Below, one piece after another: positions 21,346-30,760 of a stretch of DNA of 64,000 bases. Source of the DNA: a virus. Position 1 is the first letter of the stretch. The number at the start of each line of letters is the position of its first letter. The notes beneath the pieces are model-generated. The model did not search any database, was not told the DNA's origin, and worked only from the letters and a program-made list of their open reading frames with translations. A program made the translations under genes and the position numbers. Where the stretch lies: IMG/VR virus record IMGVR_UViG_3300005613_000025, positions 27,723 to 91,722 of that record; one strand, written 5' to 3'.

Positions 21346-21586
21346 TTAAAGAACTTGGTTAATAATTTTTATCTCTTTTATAAACCCTGGTTTGAGATTA
21401 CTTTCAATTATAATATTATAATATAGATATAATAAAAAAATAAAGAGGTCTTTTGTGTTAGTATATGGTAAGTGTAACTTTCACAGATGATATATGATTT
21501 AGATAAAATATATAATTGAATTATATATGAATAGCTTACCTTGATGTGTCTATGATGGTATGACACATCAATAAGATGAAACCATT

Positions 21587-21764
21587 ATGGAGAGTTGAAT
21601 ACGGCAAAACGGGACATTGCCAAACCAAGGGACATTAGAGTAGCTCATATTCTTTTGTCTTTTAAGATAAAGTCCAAGTGGTCAGACCACAAAAGTTAAA
21701 CGAACATCAAGTTCAAGGTTTTAGGCTTTAGACCTAGTTTAACAGAAGTTCCACAACTCTCCAT
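21587..21764 (+). ncRNA. Candidate multibranched ncRNA (~178 nt)
   Basis: Perfect 11-bp closing stem ATGGAGAGTTG/CAACTCTCCAT with several nested hairpins. Strand inferred from context. Confidence 0.6.
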
Positions 21765-21796
21765 TTATTTTGCAACAATTTTAAAATCAATATAAA

Positions 21797-22195
21797 ATGA
21801 CACTTAAAGAACAGATCAAAAAAGATTTCATGGCAGCTTTCAAAGCAAAGCAAACTCTGAAAAAACAATTGCTATCAACCATCAAAGGTGAGATTGAAAC
21901 ACAGGAGAAATCAGGTGTTGAGATGACAGATGACCAGGTTGAGAAGATCCTACAGAAATTCAAAAAGAATCTTGAGCAATCATTGAGTGTGAGAGATGAT
22001 GAATCAACCAGAGAGGAATTGAACATTGTATCTAAATATCTTCCTGAGGAATTGTCAGAGGAGGCCATTCGTGAAAAGGTGTCACAACTCATTTCCAGTG
22101 GAGTTGGACACATTGGACAGATCATGAAAGAATTTTCAAATGTTCCTTGTGATAAAAAGGTTGTATCACAGGTTGCAAGAGAGATGCTTCAGTGA
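21797..22195 (+). CDS. GatB/YqeY domain protein
   Basis: LKEQIKKDFMAAFKAK, YLPEELSEE, IGQIMK. Confidence 0.9.
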   Translation: MTLKEQIKKDFMAAFKAKQTLKKQLLSTIKGEIETQEKSGVEMTDDQVEKILQKFKKNLEQSLSVRDDESTREELNIVSKYLPEELSEEAIREKVSQLISSGVGHIGQIMKEFSNVPCDKKVVSQVAREMLQ

Positions 22196-22219
22196 TATCG
22201 ATTTTTTTTGAGATGAGAG

Positions 22220-22248
22220 ACCGGATTGAAAATCAATCCGGTTTTTTT
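22220..22248 (+). terminator. Intrinsic terminator
   Basis: ACCGGATTGA-AAA-TCAATCCGGT followed by a T-run. Confidence 0.85.
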
Positions 22249-22259
22249 ATATATATGAC

Positions 22260-23336
22260 ATGGCAAAAGAGTTCAAAACAATAGATGAGTTTGTAAGTTA
22301 CCTCAGGTCAAGGAATAGAGAATCCAATATCAATGTCCGCAAAGGAGAAATATATTCAATCGGTGATGTTAGAATGTATAATGATGATATCGATAAAGTG
22401 CCTTTTAAGTTTGAATTTGTAGATGGGTATATTGATGTATCAAATAATGATCTAATGAGTTTTGAATTTCTTCCTGAAGATGCAAAATCCTATGATATAT
22501 CAGGCAATCCAGGAGTTACCGGTATCTTAAAAGAGATAACTGATAAATGTTCACACTGGACATTCAAAAAAATATACAACCAACTCATACAGAATTGTCT
22601 TATCAATGATGTCTGGGTGGATGGTGTAACAAATCTTGAGATCATCGAAGAAATTTGGAAAGAAACAAAAAATGACATTTATTTGGAGGATAAAAATGGA
22701 TTCATGTCAAGATACTACAAATTACTTGACTCGAATGACATCGATCTTCTGGCGGATTATTATGATGTCACAGGTGACATATGGTCAAGTGATGATATAT
22801 TGAAAAAGATATTTGACAAATTCGCTTCAGATAAATCAAATGAAAGAATTTTGAATTTCAGAATCTTATCAGTTCTCATGTCAAATGATGAGGATAGCAA
22901 GATCAAAGACCTTATAGTGAAAAGTGGTTATGAGAAAGTATTGCCTTATATTTCATTATCTGAAAGACAAGATGAAGAAAAGAACATTCAAAAGGTGATA
23001 TACCTGTTAGGTAAAAAAGTAACTCGTGGTGAGAAAACAATACAACGCGATGAGGAAAATGAGTGTCTTGTTTTCAATGCATCATACGAGTTCATAGAAA
23101 ATGATCAAGGTCTGTTCAAGAAGCAATTGAATATTGAAAGATTGATGAAGGTGGACATATACGATGCATCTGACCTTCAGATCATTAACATGATGAAGAT
23201 GAGATCAAGATTCCAACAGGATGTTGAAACATATTTCATATGGGTTCCAAAAGGATCATTCGATGAATACATAGAAACGAATGATATTCCCGATTATATC
23301 CTTGATCTCATAGATAAAAAGAAAACAAGAACATGA
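22260..23336 (+). CDS. Hypothetical protein with a short LRR-like N-terminal segment
   Basis: GYIDVSNNDLMSFEFLP..YDISGNP. Confidence 0.55.
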   Translation: MAKEFKTIDEFVSYLRSRNRESNINVRKGEIYSIGDVRMYNDDIDKVPFKFEFVDGYIDVSNNDLMSFEFLPEDAKSYDISGNPGVTGILKEITDKCSHWTFKKIYNQLIQNCLINDVWVDGVTNLEIIEEIWKETKNDIYLEDKNGFMSRYYKLLDSNDIDLLADYYDVTGDIWSSDDILKKIFDKFASDKSNERILNFRILSVLMSNDEDSKIKDLIVKSGYEKVLPYISLSERQDEEKNIQKVIYLLGKKVTRGEKTIQRDEENECLVFNASYEFIENDQGLFKKQLNIERLMKVDIYDASDLQIINMMKMRSRFQQDVETYFIWVPKGSFDEYIETNDIPDYILDLIDKKKTRT

Positions 23337-23980
23337 AATCATTTAAACAATTCAATGAATCGAATCAGGAATCTCTTCCATACCTTAATATCAAGGATGG
23401 GAAGTATAAATATGATTATTCTAAGATGTCAGTTGATGACCTTAATAGACAATTTGACTTTCATAGAGAAAAACATATTGAAATGGAAGATTCAGATCCT
23501 GAATTATCAAAACATCATCTTAATATGATGAGACAAATACACACTAAATTGATAAATTCGCAAAAGAAGCAAAGAGCTAAGAAAAGACAAGATGATATTG
23601 CTCAACATAAAGAAAGGATAACTGATATCTTTCAAGATATGATAGACGAGGATCTTACTGATTTCAGTATTAAAACCTTCAGTCATACCGGTGAGTTCGG
23701 AGTAATTCGTGACGAATCGATTTACAGAACGATACTTGTTGGAATGACGATGGAAATAATGAACAGTTCAGATAGTGCATTCATTGAGACTGAGCATTTC
23801 AGCGGATTTACGAATTTCGATGGTATGTATGAAAAGCTTGGATTTTTAAAGAAATTCGATCAGATACAAAAAGTGTTGAAGGATGCAGGGTATGATTTTA
23901 CTTTCACATGCGAAGTTGATATAAATGAAGATGAAACTTCTAAAATTCATGTGAAAGGTTTCTGTGCATTGAAAAAATAG
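23333..23980 (+). CDS. Hypothetical protein (probable virion-internal)
   Basis: MKSFKQFNES start. Confidence 0.65.
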   Translation: MKSFKQFNESNQESLPYLNIKDGKYKYDYSKMSVDDLNRQFDFHREKHIEMEDSDPELSKHHLNMMRQIHTKLINSQKKQRAKKRQDDIAQHKERITDIFQDMIDEDLTDFSIKTFSHTGEFGVIRDESIYRTILVGMTMEIMNSSDSAFIETEHFSGFTNFDGMYEKLGFLKKFDQIQKVLKDAGYDFTFTCEVDINEDETSKIHVKGFCALKK

Positions 23981-24004
23981 TTATATTTGTAAAAAATAAA
24001 TTAA

Positions 24005-24394
24005 ATGCACTCAATACAAGTTTATCTATTGGACAAAAAAGAAATAAGAGGTGAAAAGATCAGATCCGTAACAGAAGGTGAAAGTTCGGATATAAAATTC
24101 ACCAAAATGGGTGAAGGTATCTTAGCAACTACTCACATTCCAAAATTCAAAGAATTCAGAAAAGGAAAGACAATAGCCAAGATCGAAACAGATTATTTTG
24201 GAGGATCTGGTGAGCAATCTGCCAAACTTTATGTTGATGGAGTCAAGAAGTATGATGAATCAGATGTTTTTGATTATTCAAAAACTCCTATCAATGATGT
24301 TCTCAAAATGATGGGTGTTGTTAAAAAAACAGGTATGGATGAATTTGATACTATCGGACTTGGGAAATTTAGAACAAATCAAGATTTCGAATGA
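24005..24394 (+). CDS. Hypothetical protein
   Basis: ETDYFGGSGEQSA and DEFDTIGLGKFR motifs; TATATTTG upstream. Confidence 0.65.
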   Translation: MHSIQVYLLDKKEIRGEKIRSVTEGESSDIKFTKMGEGILATTHIPKFKEFRKGKTIAKIETDYFGGSGEQSAKLYVDGVKKYDESDVFDYSKTPINDVLKMMGVVKKTGMDEFDTIGLGKFRTNQDFE

Positions 24395-24867
24395 AAGATA
24401 AGGTATTGAAAATTGTAAATGACGAAGAATTCCAAAAACATTTCAATAAGTGGAACTTTTTTGATTATGAGGGAACCTTAGAAAATGAATTAGGACATTT
24501 GCCATATTCCAAGGATCTTTCATTGAGAAAACCTGGTCAGATATTCTTATTTGAGAATTTTCAAGATAGTGATTATCAAATAATACATTATCCAACATTA
24601 GCAGTTTTCTTAGACTATATTCCGTGTGATCAAACCGTTGAAATTGAGTATTCACCTATCAAAAGAAATCATCAATTAAAGAAAAACGAATATCTCGAAG
24701 CAGAGATAAGAAGAGATGCACAATGGCATAATTATCATTTGATATATGGTGTTTGGAATTCTTATCCAACTTGGAAAGAATTAAGAAGAGCATATGAAAG
24801 AACATGGTGGTTCCATAAAACAAAAAAACAAAAAAGAAATATAAAGATCAATCAAATTTTTAAATGA
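24391..24867 (+). CDS. Hypothetical protein
   Basis: ORF with C-terminal RNIKINQIF. Confidence 0.6.
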   Translation: MKDKVLKIVNDEEFQKHFNKWNFFDYEGTLENELGHLPYSKDLSLRKPGQIFLFENFQDSDYQIIHYPTLAVFLDYIPCDQTVEIEYSPIKRNHQLKKNEYLEAEIRRDAQWHNYHLIYGVWNSYPTWKELRRAYERTWWFHKTKKQKRNIKINQIFK

Positions 24868-25373
24868 GAAAAAACACAGAGCACAAACTCAATAATCAAG
24901 TAAGATTTCCAAAAGTAAGAGTTATCGGTGATGGTGACGGTGAGATAATGTCATCTTATGATGCATTTCAACTTGCAAAATCACAGGACAAAGACCTTAT
25001 ACTCATATCAGAAAAGGCAGATCCGCCTGTTGTGAAAATAGAAGAGTATAGCAAATTCATCTATGATCAGAAACAGCGTGAGAAAAAGATGAAAAAGAAC
25101 CAAAAGCGGGTCGAGATGAAAGAATTGAAACTGAGTGTGAATATTGCAGAACATGACCTCATGGTAAAGGCAAAAAAAGGTGAAGAGTTTCTCAAAAAGG
25201 GAAATAAGATCAAATGCACTTTGATGATGAAGGGCCGACAGAACCAGAACAAACAACAAGGAGAGGTTGTCATGTTGAAATTCGCAGATATTCTTTCTGA
25301 CATCGGTGTTCCTGAGTATCTTCCAAAATTACAGGGAAATAAATGGCAAATGACTCTGAAGCCAAAGCAATGA
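24864..25373 (+). CDS. infC: Translation initiation factor IF-3
   Basis: N..VRFPKVRVI, PPVVKI..YSKF.Y, KELKL..IAEHDL..K..FLKKG.K.K. Confidence 0.95.
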   Translation: MRKNTEHKLNNQVRFPKVRVIGDGDGEIMSSYDAFQLAKSQDKDLILISEKADPPVVKIEEYSKFIYDQKQREKKMKKNQKRVEMKELKLSVNIAEHDLMVKAKKGEEFLKKGNKIKCTLMMKGRQNQNKQQGEVVMLKFADILSDIGVPEYLPKLQGNKWQMTLKPKQ

Positions 25374-25684
25374 ACTTAAATGAACCTTTTTTCATTCTTT
25401 ATTTGAATGTTGATGGAATGAGTCAGCAATTTATCGATGAATATACTTCACAGTGTTCAAAGACCTTATCACATCAAGGTATAGTATCATTTGTTATTCC
25501 TGTAAGAAATCAGGAAACAAAATTCGAATGTGTTTGGAAAGGTTCAAAAGAAGATCCGCAGAATTTCGATTTTATGGTCGAAAAAATGAACAAATTATTT
25601 AAAATGATGAGTGATGGTATTGATAATGATACCATTACAAGGAAAGTAAGACAATTCACACTTGAAAATATTCTAAATGAGTGA
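25343..25684 (+). CDS. Hypothetical protein (start possibly 25370)
   Basis: Operon-packed ORF. Confidence 0.55.
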   Translation: MANDSEAKAMNLNEPFFILYLNVDGMSQQFIDEYTSQCSKTLSHQGIVSFVIPVRNQETKFECVWKGSKEDPQNFDFMVEKMNKLFKMMSDGIDNDTITRKVRQFTLENILNE

Positions 25685-26072
25685 CATTTCAGAAAAAGTA
25701 AAAAATGAAGGTGACCACCATGAATTCAATTATAGAGGATTCAGATGCTCTATGATCAGAAATGCTTTTTCCACATGGTGTGGTTATATTGATATACCAT
25801 CAGATTATGATGGAGATATCAACCATATACATGTTCATGGTGGTATCACCTATGATCAAGTGGATGGTGATATAAGAACAATTGGGTTTGATTGTGCTCA
25901 TGCAGGAGATCGTGTGCCTTTTTATGATCATATCGGATTATATGATAGTGGAATTTACCGAGATAAACAATTCGTGATAGGTGAACTAAGATCAGTTGTT
26001 GATCAATTGATGAATATCGACTTTTTCATCAGATATTCAAGAAATAAGACATTGAAGTTTTTAAAGGAATGA
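25677..26072 (+). CDS. Conserved phage hypothetical protein
   Basis: WCGY, VHGGITY, GFDCAHAGD. Confidence 0.75.
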   Translation: MSDISEKVKNEGDHHEFNYRGFRCSMIRNAFSTWCGYIDIPSDYDGDINHIHVHGGITYDQVDGDIRTIGFDCAHAGDRVPFYDHIGLYDSGIYRDKQFVIGELRSVVDQLMNIDFFIRYSRNKTLKFLKE

Positions 26073-26223
26073 TTATATTTGAAAAAAAAGAAAATGGAAT
26101 ATAACTATATTGAAGAATTGAAAGAATCGGTATCTGAATCAAAATATTTTGATATCTGTGTAATGGAAGAAGAGTATTTTCAACAACTTGAAATAGAAAA
26201 TATCATAGAAAAAGAAAAAAGCG

Positions 26224-26526
26224 ATGAAAGTTACATTTGATAATATAGAAAGTATAATTGAAAATCTACCCTTGGATCAGAACACAAAAGATAAAATGGT
26301 TGAAAACTCAAGAATAATAACGAGCTTCAGAGATCATTTGTGTGATTGTGACGGTCTAACAAAAGAGGAGGCCGAGAAAATGATACAGAATGTTACTACA
26401 TCTTCATTTGATGGATCAGTAGAATCCATAAATGAATCACTCGTTAAATTTGCAAGAGAAAAGAATTTCAAAGATGTTGATAAGATTGAAAAATCATTGA
26501 ATTATTTTAAAAATGTCAAGCGATAA
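26224..26526 (+). CDS. Hypothetical protein
   Basis: Operon-packed ORF. Confidence 0.55.
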   Translation: MKVTFDNIESIIENLPLDQNTKDKMVENSRIITSFRDHLCDCDGLTKEEAEKMIQNVTTSSFDGSVESINESLVKFAREKNFKDVDKIEKSLNYFKNVKR

Positions 26527-27028
26527 ATTCATATCCAAACTTAGAAAGCTAAAGATGAAGGTTGTCTTTGGTGAGGTTGAGTTCAATATATCGCGTGATA
26601 AATTAAAAGAATTCAAAAAAAGCAAAGAGTTCAAAATATACAAAAAACATTATCAAGGCGAGGTTATAACAGGATCAACTGTCCTTTTGGTATATGATAT
26701 GTTGTTAAGATATCCAGTCGATATCGACATTCTTGATACGCTATCAAGAGATACCGACATTGTTAGAGGTGAATATCCATCGGATTTTCCTGATGGATAC
26801 CGTGGTTCAGTGAAACACCAATTCGGTAAAATATTCAAAGATTTTATTTATGTTGATCTCTTTGAACCTAAAACTGATGGTCATACTGAGATCGATGGTA
26901 TAAAATTTGACAATGTTCTAAATGTATTGAAATCCAAGATACGTCTTATCGAAAGGTCATCATCGATGACACAAAGAAACAAACACATAAATGATATTTC
27001 ACATATTTTCACTAAATTTGATATATGA
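26513..27028 (+). CDS. Putative nucleotidyltransferase-fold protein
   Basis: ITGS..L..R..DIDI and a terminal KH..D. Confidence 0.55.
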   Translation: MSSDKFISKLRKLKMKVVFGEVEFNISRDKLKEFKKSKEFKIYKKHYQGEVITGSTVLLVYDMLLRYPVDIDILDTLSRDTDIVRGEYPSDFPDGYRGSVKHQFGKIFKDFIYVDLFEPKTDGHTEIDGIKFDNVLNVLKSKIRLIERSSSMTQRNKHINDISHIFTKFDI

Positions 27029-27657
27029 AATATGAAAATTACAGATATCTTTATCCACCAAGGCCAAAGAATGCCATACCTCCATCTGAGCTGAAAGGAT
27101 ATGATAATAATATACTATTTGCACAGCCAAAACTCAATGGGTCAAATTGTGTGATATTCACCAACGGCACTGAGTGTCATATGATGAATAGACATTATCA
27201 GAGAATGTCAAATTTTAAAATATCGAAAAATGAGATAATCAGCACATTCAAACCCAATGGAAAGTGGATCGTTCTCAATGGTGAGTATATGAACAAGTCA
27301 AAGCGTGATGAAAGGAATGAGTTGTTCAATCACAAGTTTGTTCTATTTGATTGTCTTGTCATTGATAATAAATATCTAGTTGGTAAAACATTCAAACAAC
27401 GAGTTGATATCATTGAGAAATTCAATGATATTGGTTCAAATATCGAACATCTTGATAGATTGTCTGAAAACATATATAGAGTGAGAACATATAATGAACA
27501 CTTTACTGAACTATTTGAGAAGTTGATAGAAGTTGATATGATGGAAGGTCTTGTTCTGAAAAGAAAACGAGCAAGACTTGAGACCGGATACAATGAATTG
27601 AATAACACAAAAACTCAGTTAAAGTGTAGAAAGCCTACAAAAAATTATCACTTTTGA
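27025..27657 (+). CDS. Minimal ATP-dependent ligase (adenylation domain only)
   Basis: QPKLNG, LNGE, LFDC, EGLVLK, LKCR motifs. Confidence 0.8.
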   Translation: MKYENYRYLYPPRPKNAIPPSELKGYDNNILFAQPKLNGSNCVIFTNGTECHMMNRHYQRMSNFKISKNEIISTFKPNGKWIVLNGEYMNKSKRDERNELFNHKFVLFDCLVIDNKYLVGKTFKQRVDIIEKFNDIGSNIEHLDRLSENIYRVRTYNEHFTELFEKLIEVDMMEGLVLKRKRARLETGYNELNNTKTQLKCRKPTKNYHF

Positions 27658-28053
27658 ATGAAAATATATTTAGATTTTGATGGAACTGTTGTTGAACACA
27701 TGTATCCTGAAATTGGAAAAATAAATCCAGGATCTTTGGATGTAATACAAAAATTACACGATGCTGGTCACGAAATAATAATAAACACGATGCGTGCTGA
27801 TATGAGAAACGGTACACTACAACAGGCACTGTACTTCCTCAACTCAATACCTTACTGTAATATCAAGTTTGAAAAGTTCTGTGCATCAAAAGTTGATCCT
27901 GATGAATGGGTAACCCCAAATAAAGAAATGGAAAAGATATACATTGATGACATTGCACACGGAATCCCACTCAGAGACGGATTCCATGTAGGTTCAAAAA
28001 TGGTTGATTGGCAAGAACTGAATAGACAATTTACAGATAATAATATTTATTGA
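27658..28053 (+). CDS. HAD-superfamily hydrolase
   Basis: YLDFDGTVV, IYIDD. Confidence 0.85.
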   Translation: MKIYLDFDGTVVEHMYPEIGKINPGSLDVIQKLHDAGHEIIINTMRADMRNGTLQQALYFLNSIPYCNIKFEKFCASKVDPDEWVTPNKEMEKIYIDDIAHGIPLRDGFHVGSKMVDWQELNRQFTDNNIY

Positions 28054-28538
28054 TGAAGAAGGAATTAAGAAAACTCAAATTATTTGAACTTGGTATAGGA
28101 GAATGGCCATATACTACCTCCTACGAATCGATGAAAGATGTGGTTGATCGAAATCTTGATGGGTGTGTTATCAAGACAAGTGATGATTGCCCAGATTCTT
28201 ATGTTTTCATTCAAGGGGGAAAGTATATTATGGAGCAGGATAAAAAAAATGACGCTTTATGGGTCAGATGGGATGGTCTTTGGTCCATTTTTTCAAATGA
28301 CTTTTCTTTGGAACATAGTGACATTCAAGCAATTATAAAGTTCCTGGTGGAACAACATCTCAAATCAAAGGTAGGAACACCAAAATACGACTATCCGAAT
28401 TCAACATCTGAGGTGGAACAACATCTCAAATCAAAGGTAGGAACACCTGGTCTTCATATCAATTACACCATTGAAGGGGTGGAAAAACATCTCAAATCAA
28501 AGGTAGGAACACCCCAGGAATCTACTTGGTACAACTGA
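28050..28538 (+). CDS. Array-associated small protein A (C-terminus reads through the repeats)
   Basis: Paralog of 37339..37725; VEQHLKSKVGTP repeats at a 22-aa period. Confidence 0.75.
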   Translation: MMKKELRKLKLFELGIGEWPYTTSYESMKDVVDRNLDGCVIKTSDDCPDSYVFIQGGKYIMEQDKKNDALWVRWDGLWSIFSNDFSLEHSDIQAIIKFLVEQHLKSKVGTPKYDYPNSTSEVEQHLKSKVGTPGLHINYTIEGVEKHLKSKVGTPQESTWYN

Positions 28539-28579
28539 ACACCGGTGGAACAACATCTCAAATCAAAGGTAGGAACATC
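28346..28579. CRISPR. CRISPR-like mini-array 1: four 36-bp repeats, three 30-bp spacers, no cas gene in the window
   Basis: GGTGGAACAACATCTCAAATCAAAGGTAGGAACACC at 28346, 28412, 28478 (one mismatch) and 28544 (one mismatch); spacers unique. Confidence 0.75.
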
Positions 28580-28725
28580 CGATTGGGTCACGCGGATCCT
28601 GAGTTGAAAAAATTAGTGGATAATTGAACTCGTGAAAGACTATCAATAGTATCAACATCTGAAAGCCCAAACAACTTTGACAGATATTTTCAATAGAATT
28701 TAAAACTGTTAAAAATATAAAAAAA

Positions 28726-29451
28726 ATGGATTTAGGAAAAGATTTTAGAAAATTTGCCAATTCTGAAGGAATTGCATCAACAACATTGGACTCAATAGAA
28801 GCGTCACTTACACCTTATATTCTTGAAGAACGAGAAATGAGAGCAACTCAGATCGATATATTTTCAAGATTGATGAGAGATAGAATTCTTTGGGTAAGTG
28901 GTGTGGTTGATCAAAGAATGTCTGATGTTGTTCAGGCACAACTTCTATACTTGGACCAAGCAGAAAAGAAAGATATCAATATGTATATCAATTCACCAGG
29001 TGGTTCTGTTATGAACGGTCTTGGTATTTATGATGTTATGAATTATATCTCATGTGATGTTGCAACTATGAACTTGGGTATGTGTGCAAGTATGGGATCG
29101 GTTCTTCTGTCAAGTGGTGCCAAAGGTAAACGATCATCTTTGATATACTCAAGAGTTATGACACACCAAGTAAGTAGTGGAAATCAAGGCGTGATTGAAG
29201 ATACTAGAATATCACAAATAGAAAGTGAAAAGTATAATTACATACTATTCAGAATATTGGCAAAGAATTGTGGTAAAACATTTGATGAGATGTTAGATTC
29301 GTCAAGAAGAGATAAGTGGTTTAATTCACAGGAGGCTCTTAATTTTGGACTAATTGATGAGGTAATAGGAATTGAAAAAAACAATGGAATTGAGAACTTA
29401 TTGGAGGGATTTGATTCATATTATAAAAAAGAGGTTTTAGGAAAATTTTAA
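28726..29451 (+). CDS. clpP: Clp protease proteolytic subunit
   Basis: DIFSRLMRDRI, YINSPGGSV, ASMG, MTHQ, RD.WF..EALNFGLID. Confidence 0.95.
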   Translation: MDLGKDFRKFANSEGIASTTLDSIEASLTPYILEEREMRATQIDIFSRLMRDRILWVSGVVDQRMSDVVQAQLLYLDQAEKKDINMYINSPGGSVMNGLGIYDVMNYISCDVATMNLGMCASMGSVLLSSGAKGKRSSLIYSRVMTHQVSSGNQGVIEDTRISQIESEKYNYILFRILAKNCGKTFDEMLDSSRRDKWFNSQEALNFGLIDEVIGIEKNNGIENLLEGFDSYYKKEVLGKF

Positions 29452-30572
29452 TCATTTCCAAGCCAATCATACCAATTTGTCCATTCTTCTTTGTAAACAT
29501 AATCTGGGGCGGATGGTAAACGAATGAACTCTTCTGGTTTATTTTTACACCATTCTCTCCATTCTTTATTTGTGTTGATATTCAAACTTCTTGAAATTTT
29601 TCTAGCTTCATTAAAATTCATGTAAAATTCTTTACTTTTACTTCTCTGATTGCTGAATAGATATTCCGACCATTTGAAGTTTTCATAGTATCTCTCTGGT
29701 TTTTTCGGTAAAAAATCAGATAATGTGTTTTCTTTCGATTTCTTTCTATACTCAGCGACGGTAATCTTACCGTAATTTTCTTTTATCCATATTTTAGCCG
29801 ATTCAAAATCAAGATAATCATTACCTTTCCTTATTTTAGATTCATATCCTATAAAATCCTCCCACTCAAACAATTCTTTATAGATATTTTTAGGATTCTT
29901 CGGTATAAATAAAGGAATTTCTTTACACCTTCTAAAATCCATAGAATTTTTAAAATCAAAGTTCTCTTTCAGATATTTTTTAGCTTCTTCGTAACTCAAA
30001 TAAATATCTTTTCTATTATGTGCATGTATATTTCCTGTTCCTAGATAATCTCCCCAGTATGTCCAATCTGGAAAAACTTTATTAGGAGCCTTTGGGAGAA
30101 AATCGGGAAATTTTTTCATTTTTGACCATTTTTTGTAGTCAATCATTCTTGTTACCCATTCAGGTTTATTTAATTTCAGCCAAGTTTTACACTCATCAAA
30201 TGACTTATTATATTTGTTAAACATTTTACCATCACCACCGTCTGTAAGATTTACAAGATTGCATTTTTCTCTGTATTCCTTAATTGTCTCGGTTTCAACT
30301 TTTTTCCATAATTCTTGACTTGACACTTTCAAAACCTTAATACCAACATCACTACCTTTGGAAACAACACTTTTTATCCAAGATGATTTATAGCTTGTTC
30401 TTCTTTTATCATTTTTGTGATCTCTTATTCTCTTTTTTGGATTATCGGTTTTACCAATGTATCTTATTTCATCCTCTTTACCTATTTCATAGAGTCCATA
30501 TATGTATGTAATTTTGCAACTGTTCATTAAACTAATGTATATTTTTTCATATACTATATATAAAAAAACCAC
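29448..30572 (-). CDS. GIY-YIG-type homing endonuclease with C-terminal repeats
   Basis: YIYGL..IRYIGKT..R..H, NLTDGGDG; repeated LP..P..Y..W..W.DWLG units. Confidence 0.8.
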   Translation of the reverse strand: MVFLYIVYEKIYISLMNSCKITYIYGLYEIGKEDEIRYIGKTDNPKKRIRDHKNDKRRTSYKSSWIKSVVSKGSDVGIKVLKVSSQELWKKVETETIKEYREKCNLVNLTDGGDGKMFNKYNKSFDECKTWLKLNKPEWVTRMIDYKKWSKMKKFPDFLPKAPNKVFPDWTYWGDYLGTGNIHAHNRKDIYLSYEEAKKYLKENFDFKNSMDFRRCKEIPLFIPKNPKNIYKELFEWEDFIGYESKIRKGNDYLDFESAKIWIKENYGKITVAEYRKKSKENTLSDFLPKKPERYYENFKWSEYLFSNQRSKSKEFYMNFNEARKISRSLNINTNKEWREWCKNKPEEFIRLPSAPDYVYKEEWTNWYDWLGND

Positions 30573-30580
30573 TTCCCTAT

Positions 30581-30760
30581 ATGGAAATAAATGAGAATAT
30601 CAAGAAATCAAAAAGAAAATATGGTGATAGATACAATAAAGAGAATGTAAATGTTCAATTGAATCGAGAATTGATAAATAAATTGAAAGAGAAATTGAAT
30701 AAAGAGAAAAGCATCAAATCTCATATTGAGGAATTGATAGAAAAAGATATCTTAAAATGA
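30581..30760 (+). CDS. 59-aa basic protein, possibly ribbon-helix-helix
   Basis: Read manually: MEINEN..VNVQLNRELINKLKE..SIKSHIEELIEKDILK; stop overlaps the next ATG. Confidence 0.55.
   Translation: MEINENIKKSKRKYGDRYNKENVNVQLNRELINKLKEKLNKEKSIKSHIEELIEKDILK

Noticed and set aside
21017-21797. tmRNA next to smpB
   Set aside because: No alanine-type acceptor with G3:U and CCA end, and no tag reading frame that I could identify.
28580-28625. Fifth repeat of array 1
   Set aside because: Only a short AGTGGA resemblance at the wrong spacing; the GC-rich 30 bp after repeat 4 may be an orphan spacer but cannot be confirmed.
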